A stretch of DNA of 64,000 nucleotides from NCBI GenBank assembly GCA_035532775.1, contig DATKQH010000376.1, positions 4,507-68,506 on the forward strand. Reading direction: 5' to 3'. The notes beneath the pieces were generated by a model. That model had not been told where the DNA came from and did no database searches. It saw nothing but the letters and a program-made list of their open reading frames with translations. Made by a program: the position numbers and the translations under genes. Origin of the DNA: Streptosporangiaceae bacterium. Lineage in GTDB: Bacteria > Actinomycetota > Actinomycetes > Streptosporangiales > Streptosporangiaceae. Numbering within the stretch: the first letter of the stretch is position 1; the number at the start of each line of letters is the position of its first letter. This document shows positions 32,688 to 41,309 of the stretch, one piece after another.

Positions 32688-34699
32688 CAGCGACATCCGC
32701 GCAGGCCCCCAGCTACCAGCTCAGCATCGACACCGGTGGCACGTTCACCGACGGGTTCGTCACCAGCGGGGACCGTTCGGCCCAGGTGAAGGTGGACACC
32801 ACGCCGGACGACCCGACCGAGGGCTTCGCCGCCTGCGTGGCCGCGGCCGCCGAGGCGATGGGCGAAACTGTACCCGCGTTCCTCGCCCGGGCCAGGCTCG
32901 TGCACTTCAGCTCCACGATTGCTACGAACATCGTGGTGCAGCGCACTGGCGCCCAGGTAGGCCTCCTGGTCACCGCAGGCTGCGAGCACGCCCTCTACGG
33001 GAGCCCGCAGGAGGCCAGCAGCCTGGCCGGCTTCGTCCACGCGGGCGCCGTGCGCGGTGTGGACGAGGCCACCGGCCTGGACGGCACCGTGAAGCGACCG
33101 GTCGACCCTGCAAGCCTGGAGGCCGCCGTCAGGGAACTGCTTGAGTACGGCGTGCACATCTTGGTCATCAGCTTCGCCGGGGCGCACCTGAACCCGGCAA
33201 ATGAGCTCGCGGCCAAGGCCCTCATCGAGGCCTCCTACCCCCGGCATTACCTGGGGGCAATCCAGATCGTGCTGTCCTCCCAGCTGTCGCTGCACCCCGG
33301 CGATCACGCCCGAACCGCCCTGGCCGTGGCGAACGCCTACCTTCACCCCGCCCTCGCCCGCAGCCTGTACAAGGCCGAGGATCGGCTGCGGGCCCAGAAG
33401 TTCCAGCGCCCCCTTCTCGTGATCACCACCGACGGGTCGAGCACGCGGGTCGCCAAGACCCGGGCGATCGATACCTACAACTCCGGGCCCAGCTCGGGCG
33501 TACTCGGCGCAGCGATCGTCGCACGCGCTCTGGGGGCCGAGCACGTGGTGACCTTCGATGTCGGCGGCACCACTACCGACGTGGCCTGCATCAGCACGGC
33601 CACCCCGCCGCGCTCCGCCAGCACCGAGTTCGGCGGCCTCACCCTGTCTCACCCGGCCGTGGCCCTGCGGTCCTTCGGGCTGGGCGGCGGCTCGATCATC
33701 GCGGCTGGGCCCGGAGGCGCACCGACGGTCGGCCCGCGCAGCGCGGGCGCGGTGCCCGGTCCGGCCTGCTTCGGTCTCGGTGGCAGCGAGCCCACGCCAA
33801 CGGACGTCTGGCTCGAGCTTGGCTACCTAGAGCCCGGCGAGTTCCTCTCCGGACGGCGCCAGCTCGACCCTGAGAGTGCGCGGGCCGCCATCGCCGCGCT
33901 GGGCGCAGAACTTGGCACCAGCGCGGATGCGGCCGCGCTCGCTGCCCTTGACGCGGTCCATGCCACGCTGGCGGAGCACCTGCAGGCGTGGTCGGCGGGC
34001 GAGCCGGGGCTGACCGGCTCGGACCCGGCCGGAAGGTCGCTGTTCTCCTACGGCGGTGGCGGGGGGCTGCTCGCGGTGCCCGCGGCAGCGGCGCTCGGGA
34101 TCGGCGAGGTGGTGGTGTTCCCGCAGAGCTCAGTGTTCTCCGCGTTCGGCGGCAGTCTCCTGCCGATCGCGCACGCCTACCACGCCGCCGTGCCCGACGT
34201 CTGCGACTCCGAGGTGGTCAGCCAGGTGCTCGCTGAGATGCTCGATCGGGCGGCACGGGACATGCGAGCAGAGGCGGTGCCTGCCGAGGTCGGCCTGGCC
34301 GCCGAGGTGATCCTCAGCGATTTCGCCGGACAGCAGGCCAGCTCCGCCGGGTCCTTCCCGGAGCTGCGCCGCGATCCCGCGAGCGCGGGCGTAGCACTGC
34401 CCGGGCCGGGCGGCCGCGGGCGGCTGAGCTTGCGTATCACCGCGGTGAGCGAGGTGCCGCTGCGCCCGGCGGGACCGCGTCCCGATGCCGCGGCCACCCG
34501 GGCGCGGAAGGTCCGTTTCGCCGATGGGATGCGGGACCTGGTGGTGTCGGGCGGGCTCGGCTGCCCGGACGCGACCCCTGTGACCGGGCCGGCGTTCCTG
34601 GCCGCGCCCGATACCACGGTGTTCGTCCCGGCCGGCTGGACCGCAGAATTCGGCGCCCTCGGATACGGGATCGTGCGGAGGCAGGGCAATGACAGCTGA
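32684..34699 (+). CDS. Hydantoinase A / oxoprolinase / acetone-carboxylase beta-type ATPase subunit (copy 1)
   Basis: IDTGGTFTDG and FDVGGTTTDV ASKHA-type motifs. GTGA overlap with the hutU-like stop. Confidence 0.85.
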   Translation: MTATSAQAPSYQLSIDTGGTFTDGFVTSGDRSAQVKVDTTPDDPTEGFAACVAAAAEAMGETVPAFLARARLVHFSSTIATNIVVQRTGAQVGLLVTAGCEHALYGSPQEASSLAGFVHAGAVRGVDEATGLDGTVKRPVDPASLEAAVRELLEYGVHILVISFAGAHLNPANELAAKALIEASYPRHYLGAIQIVLSSQLSLHPGDHARTALAVANAYLHPALARSLYKAEDRLRAQKFQRPLLVITTDGSSTRVAKTRAIDTYNSGPSSGVLGAAIVARALGAEHVVTFDVGGTTTDVACISTATPPRSASTEFGGLTLSHPAVALRSFGLGGGSIIAAGPGGAPTVGPRSAGAVPGPACFGLGGSEPTPTDVWLELGYLEPGEFLSGRRQLDPESARAAIAALGAELGTSADAAALAALDAVHATLAEHLQAWSAGEPGLTGSDPAGRSLFSYGGGGGLLAVPAAAALGIGEVVVFPQSSVFSAFGGSLLPIAHAYHAAVPDVCDSEVVSQVLAEMLDRAARDMRAEAVPAEVGLAAEVILSDFAGQQASSAGSFPELRRDPASAGVALPGPGGRGRLSLRITAVSEVPLRPAGPRPDAAATRARKVRFADGMRDLVVSGGLGCPDATPVTGPAFLAAPDTTVFVPAGWTAEFGALGYGIVRRQGNDS

Positions 34700-35042
34700 G
34701 TACCGCGTGACTGAGTACCTCGTCATCGACCTTGACAGCGAGCGATGGAAGTGCCAGCGATGCGGCGCCGACCTCGGGTCGTCACGCGCCAACTACAAGG
34801 AGGGCTGCCTGGTCGCCGAGCGCGACCCCACCGAGGTGCACCCGCCGCGGGTCGTCGGGCACTACACCTTCGCCCCGGATCCGCAGTGGTGCCGGCTCAT
34901 CGAGTTCTACTGCCCGGGCTGCCTGACCCTGGTCGAAACGGAGTACCTGCCGCCCGGGCATCCGATCACCCATGACATCGAGATCGACATCGACTCTCTC
35001 AAGGCGTCGGTGACTGCGCACGGCGAGGAAGGACCGGCGTGA
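34689..35042 (+). CDS. Acetone/acetophenone carboxylase gamma-subunit-like zinc-binding protein
   Basis: 117 aa. WKCQRCGADLG...FYCPGCLTLVETEYLPPGHP is typical of the acetone-carboxylase gamma family. Overlaps both neighbours. Confidence 0.8.
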   Translation: MTAEYRVTEYLVIDLDSERWKCQRCGADLGSSRANYKEGCLVAERDPTEVHPPRVVGHYTFAPDPQWCRLIEFYCPGCLTLVETEYLPPGHPITHDIEIDIDSLKASVTAHGEEGPA

Positions 35043-37174
35043 GCGGATCCATTGACATCGACATCGGCGGCACGTTTACCGACTGCTACGCCCAGCTCGG
35101 CAGCGAGATCGCCTGGTGCAAGACCCGCACCACCGGCTACGACCTCAGCCGGGGCATGGTCCAGGCGATCGAGGACGCCGCGAGCAGGCTCGGCGTCACC
35201 ACCACCGAGCTGCTTGGCCGCGCCGACATCATCAGGTACTCGACCACACTGGCGCTCAACAGCCTTCTCGAGGCGAAGGGACCCCGGCTCGGCTATGTCA
35301 CCACCGAGGGCTTCGAGGACAACCTGCTCATCGGCCGGGGCAGCCAGTGGTCGGACGGGCTGAGCATCAAGCAGCAGCGCAACGTCGCGCGCGCGCGCAA
35401 GCCCGCGCCGCTCATCGGCCGCGAACTCATGGTCGGCGTCAAGGCGCGGATGGACCACCGCGGGCACGAGGTCCGCCCCCTCGATGAGGAGGACTTCCTG
35501 CGCAAGCTCGACTACCTCGTGGACCAGGGCGTCCGCGGCTTCGTGGTCTGCCTGCTGTGGTCGTACGTCAACCCCGCCCACGAGCTGCGCATCCGCGAGC
35601 TCATCGAGCTGGAGTACGGAGAAAGCTACCTGGGCCACACGCCGGTGTTCCTGTCGAGCGAGAACTCCCCGCGCCGGCTGGAATACACCCGGGCGACCAC
35701 CACCTTGCTCAACGCCTACCTCCACGCCTCGATGTACAGCGAGCTGTCCGGGATCGGGCAGCGGCTGCGGGCGGGAGGCTACCGTGCCCCCCTGATCATG
35801 GTGCACAACACCGGCGGCATGGCGTCGGTGCTGCGGTCCAGCGCCATCCAGACCTTCTCTGGAGGGCCAGTGGCCGGGCTGATGGGCAGCGCCCACCTGG
35901 GCCGCGCCTACGGGTTCGAGAATGTGGTCGTCACTGACATGGGTGGCACCAGTTTCGACATCGGCCTCATCGTCTCCGGCAGCACCCGGTTCTACCAGCT
36001 CGCTCCGACGGTCGACCGCTGGCTTATCGACGCGACGATGCTCGACACCCACTCCATCGGGGCGGGGGGCGGGTCGATCGCCCGCATCAACACCGATGTA
36101 GGCGGCCGTCTTGAGGTGGGCCCGGAGAGCGCCGGGTCCATGCCCGGACCGGCCTGCTACGGCCAGGGCGGCCGGGAGCCCACGGTGACCGATGCGGATC
36201 TGGTCCTAGGCTACGTTAACCCGGCCCGCTTCAACGGAGGCCAGCTGGCGATCAGCCCCGCGCGCGCCGAGCGCGCGCTGCGGGACCGTATCGCCGAGCC
36301 GCTCGGCGTGTCGGCGACCGACGCCGCGCTGCTCGTCAAGCGGATCGTGGACGCGCACATGGGCGCGGTCATCCACAAGGAGACCGTGCTCAAGGGCTAC
36401 GACCCCCGTGACTTCGTCATCTTCGCCGCAGGCGGGGCCGGGCCGCTGCACGCTTGCGGGTACGCGGAGGCCGCCGGGATGACCCGGGTCGTGATCTTCC
36501 CGTTCGCGCCCGTGTTCTGCGCGTATGGATCTTCCACCATGGACGTCCTGCATGTGTACGAGAGGTCGGCTCACTTCACCCTGTTCGACGGCAACACCAA
36601 AGAGTGGCTCGCGGAGATGAGCGGGTTCAACGCGGTCGTGGACGCACTGGCCGCGCAGGCCGCACGGGACTTTGCGGGCGAGGGGTTCGACGTCAGCGCC
36701 GTGGAGTACTCGCTGGAGCTGGACATGAAGTTCGGCGGGCAGCTCAACGTCAAGCGCGTGGCCGCGCCGTCAATCCGCCTCGCCGACGTTACGGACGTCC
36801 GCCGGCTGTACCAGGCGTTCGAGGTCGAGTACTCGGAGGCGTACAGCCCGCTGGGCCTGAACCCCGACGCTGGAGTCGAGATCGACGCGCTGGTACTCAA
36901 GGCGCGGCTGCGCCAGCCCCAGCGCCCCCCGCCCATGCCGGAGCGGCCCGCAGGTGGCGCTGCGTCGCTGGGCACCCGTCCCGCGGTGTGGGAGCTCGGC
37001 ACGGGGCCGGTGGATACGCCGGTTTTCGAGGCCGCGGTGCTGGCGCCGGGCACAGTTGTCACCGGCCCGGCCCTGGTGGAAGCCGAGACGACGACCACGG
37101 CCGTGGCACCCGGCTGGTCCCTCGTGGTGGACGAGCGATCCGCCTTCATCCTCACCTACGAGCAGGGGCAGTGA
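35039..37174 (+). CDS. Hydantoinase A / oxoprolinase-type ATPase subunit (copy 2)
   Basis: IDIGGTFTDC and TDMGGTSFDI motifs. 711 aa. Confidence 0.85.
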   Translation: MSGSIDIDIGGTFTDCYAQLGSEIAWCKTRTTGYDLSRGMVQAIEDAASRLGVTTTELLGRADIIRYSTTLALNSLLEAKGPRLGYVTTEGFEDNLLIGRGSQWSDGLSIKQQRNVARARKPAPLIGRELMVGVKARMDHRGHEVRPLDEEDFLRKLDYLVDQGVRGFVVCLLWSYVNPAHELRIRELIELEYGESYLGHTPVFLSSENSPRRLEYTRATTTLLNAYLHASMYSELSGIGQRLRAGGYRAPLIMVHNTGGMASVLRSSAIQTFSGGPVAGLMGSAHLGRAYGFENVVVTDMGGTSFDIGLIVSGSTRFYQLAPTVDRWLIDATMLDTHSIGAGGGSIARINTDVGGRLEVGPESAGSMPGPACYGQGGREPTVTDADLVLGYVNPARFNGGQLAISPARAERALRDRIAEPLGVSATDAALLVKRIVDAHMGAVIHKETVLKGYDPRDFVIFAAGGAGPLHACGYAEAAGMTRVVIFPFAPVFCAYGSSTMDVLHVYERSAHFTLFDGNTKEWLAEMSGFNAVVDALAAQAARDFAGEGFDVSAVEYSLELDMKFGGQLNVKRVAAPSIRLADVTDVRRLYQAFEVEYSEAYSPLGLNPDAGVEIDALVLKARLRQPQRPPPMPERPAGGAASLGTRPAVWELGTGPVDTPVFEAAVLAPGTVVTGPALVEAETTTTAVAPGWSLVVDERSAFILTYEQGQ

Positions 37175-37176
37175 CG

Positions 37177-39234
37177 ATGAGCGTTCTCGGCAACCTGTTG
37201 GCAACCGGCATGAAGCCGGAGTCCCCGTCCGACGAAGAGCTGGAGGCGATGCAGTCGCTGCGGCTGGGCGACTACGAGATCCTCTCCGAGAAGCTCGTCC
37301 TCATCGCCCAGGAGGGCAAGGAGGTCATGACCCGAATGGGCATCTCCTCCATGCTGCACTCCGGGGACACGCTCGTCGCCGTTTACACCGCGGCCGGGGA
37401 TCTAGTCGCGCCTGTCTGCGGCACCTACCTGCACTCGGTCACGGGCCAGATCCCGATCAAGTTCATTCTCGCCGAGTACGCCGGCGACCCGTCGGTCGGC
37501 GTGCGCGAAGGTGACATCTTCTACTGCAATGAGGCCCTGTACGGCGGGATCCACAATCCGGACCAGTTCGCCCTCATGCCGGTGTTCAACGAAGGCGAGC
37601 TAGTGGCGTGGGCAGTGTGCGGGGCGCATCAGAGCGAGACCGGCGGAGCCGAGCCGGGCGGGGAGATCACCCAGGCACGGACCCGGCACGACGAGGGAAT
37701 GAAGTTGTCGCCGATGAAGATCGGCGAGAATTACCTGCTCCGGGAAGACTTGCTGCGGATGATGGAGAACTTCATCTCCCGGGCTCCGCGGATGCAGGTG
37801 ACCGACGTGAAGGCGCGGGTTGCCGCGTGCGACCGGGTCCGCATCCGAGTACAAGAACTGGCCAGAAAGCATGGCAACACGGTCCTGCGCGGGCTGTTCC
37901 GCCGGATGATCCAGCAGACCTCGGCGGGCGTGCGCCGCAGAATCGCGAGCTGGCCGGACGGGACTTACCGGCACGTCGTGTTCATGGACACCACTGGGCA
38001 CGATGCGTACCTGCTTCGCGCCGTGGTGGCGGTCACCGTGGCCGGCGACCGGCTGATCATCGATTTCGAGGGCACCTCGCCCGAGCACGAAGGGTCCTAC
38101 AACGCCTTCGCCCACATCATCGCGGCCCACTGTGCGGTGAACCTTTACCAGTTCCCGTTCCACGACTTCCCCATTTCCTCGGGGATGCTGGAGCACATCG
38201 ACATCCGCGTGCCCAAGGGCTCGTTCTTCGATGCCGACAGCGAGGCGGCGGTGAGCTGCTCACCGCTGGTAGGCGCACTGGTGTTCCCCCTGCTCGGGGT
38301 GGCCCTTTCGAAGATTATGTACTCAACCCCGCAGCGGGATCTCGTGTGCGGCTTCTGCACCTCCAGCGCCTCGGCGGTGATGGTGAGCGGGGTGAACCAG
38401 CACGGCTACCGGGTGACCGACTTCATGGGCTACCCGCTTAACGCCTACGGCCTGGCCGCGCGGCACGACATGGACGGCGTGGACGTGTTTGGCTTCCCGC
38501 ACGGTCCGTGGGGCAAGGCGCCGGATGTTGAGGACATCGAGCAGGAGTTCCCGGTGCTGCACTTGTACGAGCATCAGCTCAGGGACACGTGCGGCTTCGG
38601 CCGGTACCGGGGCGGGTGCGGCGCCGCAGTCTGCTACATGGTGTACGGCAGCCGCTACCTCGCGTTCACATCCAGCCAGAAGGAATCAAAATTCCCGTCG
38701 GCAAACGGCCTCTTCGGAGGGTATGCCGCCACCACGCTCCCCGGCATCCGGGTTATGGGCTCGGACATTCTCGAGCGGATGCGGGCGGGCGACGCTGACA
38801 TCCCCACCGATGACTATGGCCTCGCCGCCGCGGACCCGGGTCCCGGCGAGCTGATACTGGAGCATCAGACCCGGGGCGTCAGCATCCTGCATGAGGGCGA
38901 CATCCTGGCCGCGAGTACCAACGGCGGCGGCGGCTACGGCGACGTGCTGGAACGGGAACCTGACGAGGTGCTGTCGGATGTGGCTCGCTCGATCATCTCG
39001 GCGTCGGTGGCGCGCGACGTGTACTGCGTCGTCTTCGATCCGGAGACGATGCTCCTCGACGTCGGGGGCACCACGAAGGCACGAGAAGCCGCACGGCAGG
39101 ACCGGGCCCGCCGGGGACGCCCGTACGTCGAGTTCGCCGCCGAGTGGAGCACTCGCCGCCCGCCCGAAGAGATCCTCACCTACTACGGAGCGTGGCCGTC
39201 GGCGGCCCGTAATCGCGAGGTGGTACGGATTTGA
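37177..39234 (+). CDS. Hydantoinase B / oxoprolinase / acetone-carboxylase alpha-type subunit
   Basis: ATG 37177 lies within ORF 36454-39234, whose upstream part is a shadow of the previous gene. HyuB-like blocks GDIFYCNEALYGGIHNPD, FGRYRGGCG and GGGGYGD. Confidence 0.85.
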   Translation: MSVLGNLLATGMKPESPSDEELEAMQSLRLGDYEILSEKLVLIAQEGKEVMTRMGISSMLHSGDTLVAVYTAAGDLVAPVCGTYLHSVTGQIPIKFILAEYAGDPSVGVREGDIFYCNEALYGGIHNPDQFALMPVFNEGELVAWAVCGAHQSETGGAEPGGEITQARTRHDEGMKLSPMKIGENYLLREDLLRMMENFISRAPRMQVTDVKARVAACDRVRIRVQELARKHGNTVLRGLFRRMIQQTSAGVRRRIASWPDGTYRHVVFMDTTGHDAYLLRAVVAVTVAGDRLIIDFEGTSPEHEGSYNAFAHIIAAHCAVNLYQFPFHDFPISSGMLEHIDIRVPKGSFFDADSEAAVSCSPLVGALVFPLLGVALSKIMYSTPQRDLVCGFCTSSASAVMVSGVNQHGYRVTDFMGYPLNAYGLAARHDMDGVDVFGFPHGPWGKAPDVEDIEQEFPVLHLYEHQLRDTCGFGRYRGGCGAAVCYMVYGSRYLAFTSSQKESKFPSANGLFGGYAATTLPGIRVMGSDILERMRAGDADIPTDDYGLAAADPGPGELILEHQTRGVSILHEGDILAASTNGGGGYGDVLEREPDEVLSDVARSIISASVARDVYCVVFDPETMLLDVGGTTKAREAARQDRARRGRPYVEFAAEWSTRRPPEEILTYYGAWPSAARNREVVRI

Positions 39235-39947
39235 ACAGGCGGGCCCGGACCCGGGCGGTGCTCGCTGGCGGCAAGGACGTCGTGTTCGCCCCCCTCGCCT
39301 GGTCCCGGCTGCCGGAATTCGTCCGCACGCCGGCGCCCGGCGAGTTCTGGCTGGACACTGCCGTCACCCAGCGGATGCTGGGTGACGCCGGTGATGTCTG
39401 CGCCGCAGACGCCCTCGCCGTGCCGCTGGTGCCCTGCCTCCGTTCGCATGGGGGAGCTGCCCCCATCGGCCATCCGGACGAAATCGCTGGGCTCCCCGAC
39501 GTCCTGGCCGCCATCAGGCTGATCGGGCGGCTCGCCGCAGTGGGGGCAGTCGGGCAGATCGCCGAGCTGCCCACCCTCGGTGAGCTGGCCGCGCTGCTAC
39601 CGGAGGCAGTCACCGAGGACACCGAGGATGCGCTGAGCGATTTGGTGCGGGCCGGCCTGGAGGCAGGCGGCGACGCCGTAGCCGTGCGCGGCACTGACCA
39701 CGCTGACGTCCGCAGGACCGTCGACGTGGTCGCCCCCCTGGCCGGCTTCTACGGGGCCCCCGTGCTCGGGCTGGACGGTGCGCGGGGCTGGGTCGCCGAC
39801 AACGGCTTTCCGGTGGGGATGCTCGGCCCTGCGGGCGACTGGCCACGGCTGGCCCGCGGCCTGATCCTCACCAGAGGTGACATCACCGGATGGTGGACCC
39901 CGAGCCAGGTGCGCGCGGTGCTGCGTGGTCGCGGGGAGGTGGTCTGA
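39231..39947 (+). CDS. Hypothetical protein, translationally coupled to the HyuB-like gene
   Basis: TTG start overlapping the upstream stop. GC3-rich coding character. I recognise no family. Confidence 0.5.
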   Translation: MNRRARTRAVLAGGKDVVFAPLAWSRLPEFVRTPAPGEFWLDTAVTQRMLGDAGDVCAADALAVPLVPCLRSHGGAAPIGHPDEIAGLPDVLAAIRLIGRLAAVGAVGQIAELPTLGELAALLPEAVTEDTEDALSDLVRAGLEAGGDAVAVRGTDHADVRRTVDVVAPLAGFYGAPVLGLDGARGWVADNGFPVGMLGPAGDWPRLARGLILTRGDITGWWTPSQVRAVLRGRGEVV

Positions 39948-40970
39948 GTGGGGGCTCGGGAGCCGCGGCGGCCGGAGCGGGTGGTGATCATCGGCGCTGG
40001 GACGATGGGCGCCCGGATCGCGCTTTTCTTCGCCCAGGCAGGCCTCACGGTATGCGCGACCTCGCGGCGTCCGGAGACGCTCAGAGCGGCCGGCGCCACC
40101 ATCCGTTCCGCGCTCGCTGCGCCGGTGACCGGCAGCCATCCGGCTGCATGGCCGTCGGTAGCGGCACCTGAGCACCCCGAGGAAATCCTCGCCCGGATCC
40201 GGCTGACCTCCGACGCCGACGACGAGCTCGGGACAGCCGATCTGGTGGTGGAGACGATCCGCGAGGACCTCGGCGAGAAGATCACTGTGCTCGGGCGGGC
40301 CGGGTCACGGGTACGGTCCGACGCCATCGTGACGACGAATACCTCCTCCCTGGACCTGGCTGCCCTGAGTGAAGCGGTGCCGGGGCCGGAACGGTTCGTC
40401 GGCTTGCACTGGTTCAACCCGGCGGACCTGGTCGAGCTCGTCGAGGTTGTGCCGACCCCGGGCACCGCCTCCACCGTCGTGGAGACGCTGCGGTCCTGGC
40501 TGGCCGAGCTGGGTAAGGCGCCTGTGGTGCTCGGTCATGCCGTGCCGGGCTTCATCGCCAACCGGCTGCAGTACGCGCTGTTGCGCGAGGCATACGCCCT
40601 AGTCGCCGGTGGTGTCTGCACATGGGCCGATGCGGACCTCGCGGTAGTCCGGGGCCTTGGCCCCCGGTGGGCGGCAATAGGGCCGTTCCAGAGCATGGAC
40701 CTCGCCGGGCTCGATGTGCACCTCGCGGTGGCCCGCACCCTTTTCCCGGACCTGGCGGTGGGCACCGCGCCACCGGAGCTGCTAGCGGACCTGGTGAAGG
40801 CTGGCCACCTGGGCGCCAAGTCGGGCCACGGGCTGCTCGGCGACTACCCGCCGGAAAGGCAGGAGATCGTTGCCCGGCTGCGCGACGCGACGCTGCGGCT
40901 GATGCACGTGGTGCGGGAGACAGCAGCGGGCCAGCAGCCCATGCACGTAACGACAGAAAGGCCAGCGTGA
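39948..40970 (+). CDS. 3-hydroxyacyl-CoA / 3-hydroxybutyryl-CoA dehydrogenase family protein
   Basis: VVIIGAGTMGARIA Rossmann motif, then GLHWFNPADLVELVEVV and PGFIANRLQYALLREA. Confidence 0.85.
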   Translation: MGAREPRRPERVVIIGAGTMGARIALFFAQAGLTVCATSRRPETLRAAGATIRSALAAPVTGSHPAAWPSVAAPEHPEEILARIRLTSDADDELGTADLVVETIREDLGEKITVLGRAGSRVRSDAIVTTNTSSLDLAALSEAVPGPERFVGLHWFNPADLVELVEVVPTPGTASTVVETLRSWLAELGKAPVVLGHAVPGFIANRLQYALLREAYALVAGGVCTWADADLAVVRGLGPRWAAIGPFQSMDLAGLDVHLAVARTLFPDLAVGTAPPELLADLVKAGHLGAKSGHGLLGDYPPERQEIVARLRDATLRLMHVVRETAAGQQPMHVTTERPA

Positions 40971-41071
40971 TGATCTTTAAGCCGCCGAATCAGGCCGTCG
41001 CGTCGCACCGGCACCGAAGCCGTGGCGTCGGCGCCCGGCCATGACCAAGGGAACGCAGCGGCTCGTTTACC

Positions 41072-41122
41072 CTGGCAGATACCGACAACTCAGAGACGGC
41101 AATGTTTGGCAATATCTGCCAG
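41072..41122. promoter_or_regulatory. 10-bp inverted repeat CTGGCAGATA ... TATCTGCCAG enclosing a TTGGCAAT-N3-TGCCAG motif, in the long leader of the NCS1 permease gene
   Basis: Arms at 41072-41081 and 41113-41122 are exact reverse complements. TTGGCAATATCTGCCAG at 41106-41122 resembles the perfect palindrome at 52378-52394. A further TTGGCAA lies at 41181-41187. Confidence 0.4.
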
Positions 41123-41309
41123 CGACAAGTTATCAAGGCGCCCTTACCGTAAACCCACAACCATAGCACGATTAACTAGGTTGGCAACTGCCCCGGACCA
41201 GCTCTTTCCGGAGTACTGCCGCAGCCCAGCGGCTGATTCCGTTCAGGAGCCGAGGCGTGCTTTAAGGATCAGGCCTCCCACCATCAATTACTGGGAGAAG
41301 GGAAGAGCG

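Noticed and set aside
36454-37176. N-terminal 240 aa of the 926-aa ORF 36454-39234
   Set aside because: This part overlaps the 3' end of the second HyuA gene in another frame. The HyuB-like sequence begins at ATG 37177.
41060-41125. Possible TPP (THI-box) riboswitch in the leader of the NCS1 permease, suggested by ...ACCC...CTGCCAGCG-like strings and by the fact that some NCS1 proteins are pyrimidine-precursor transporters
   Set aside because: The conserved CTGAGA element and the correct order and spacing of THI-box elements are absent on either strand. The pattern is better described as a protein-binding inverted repeat.
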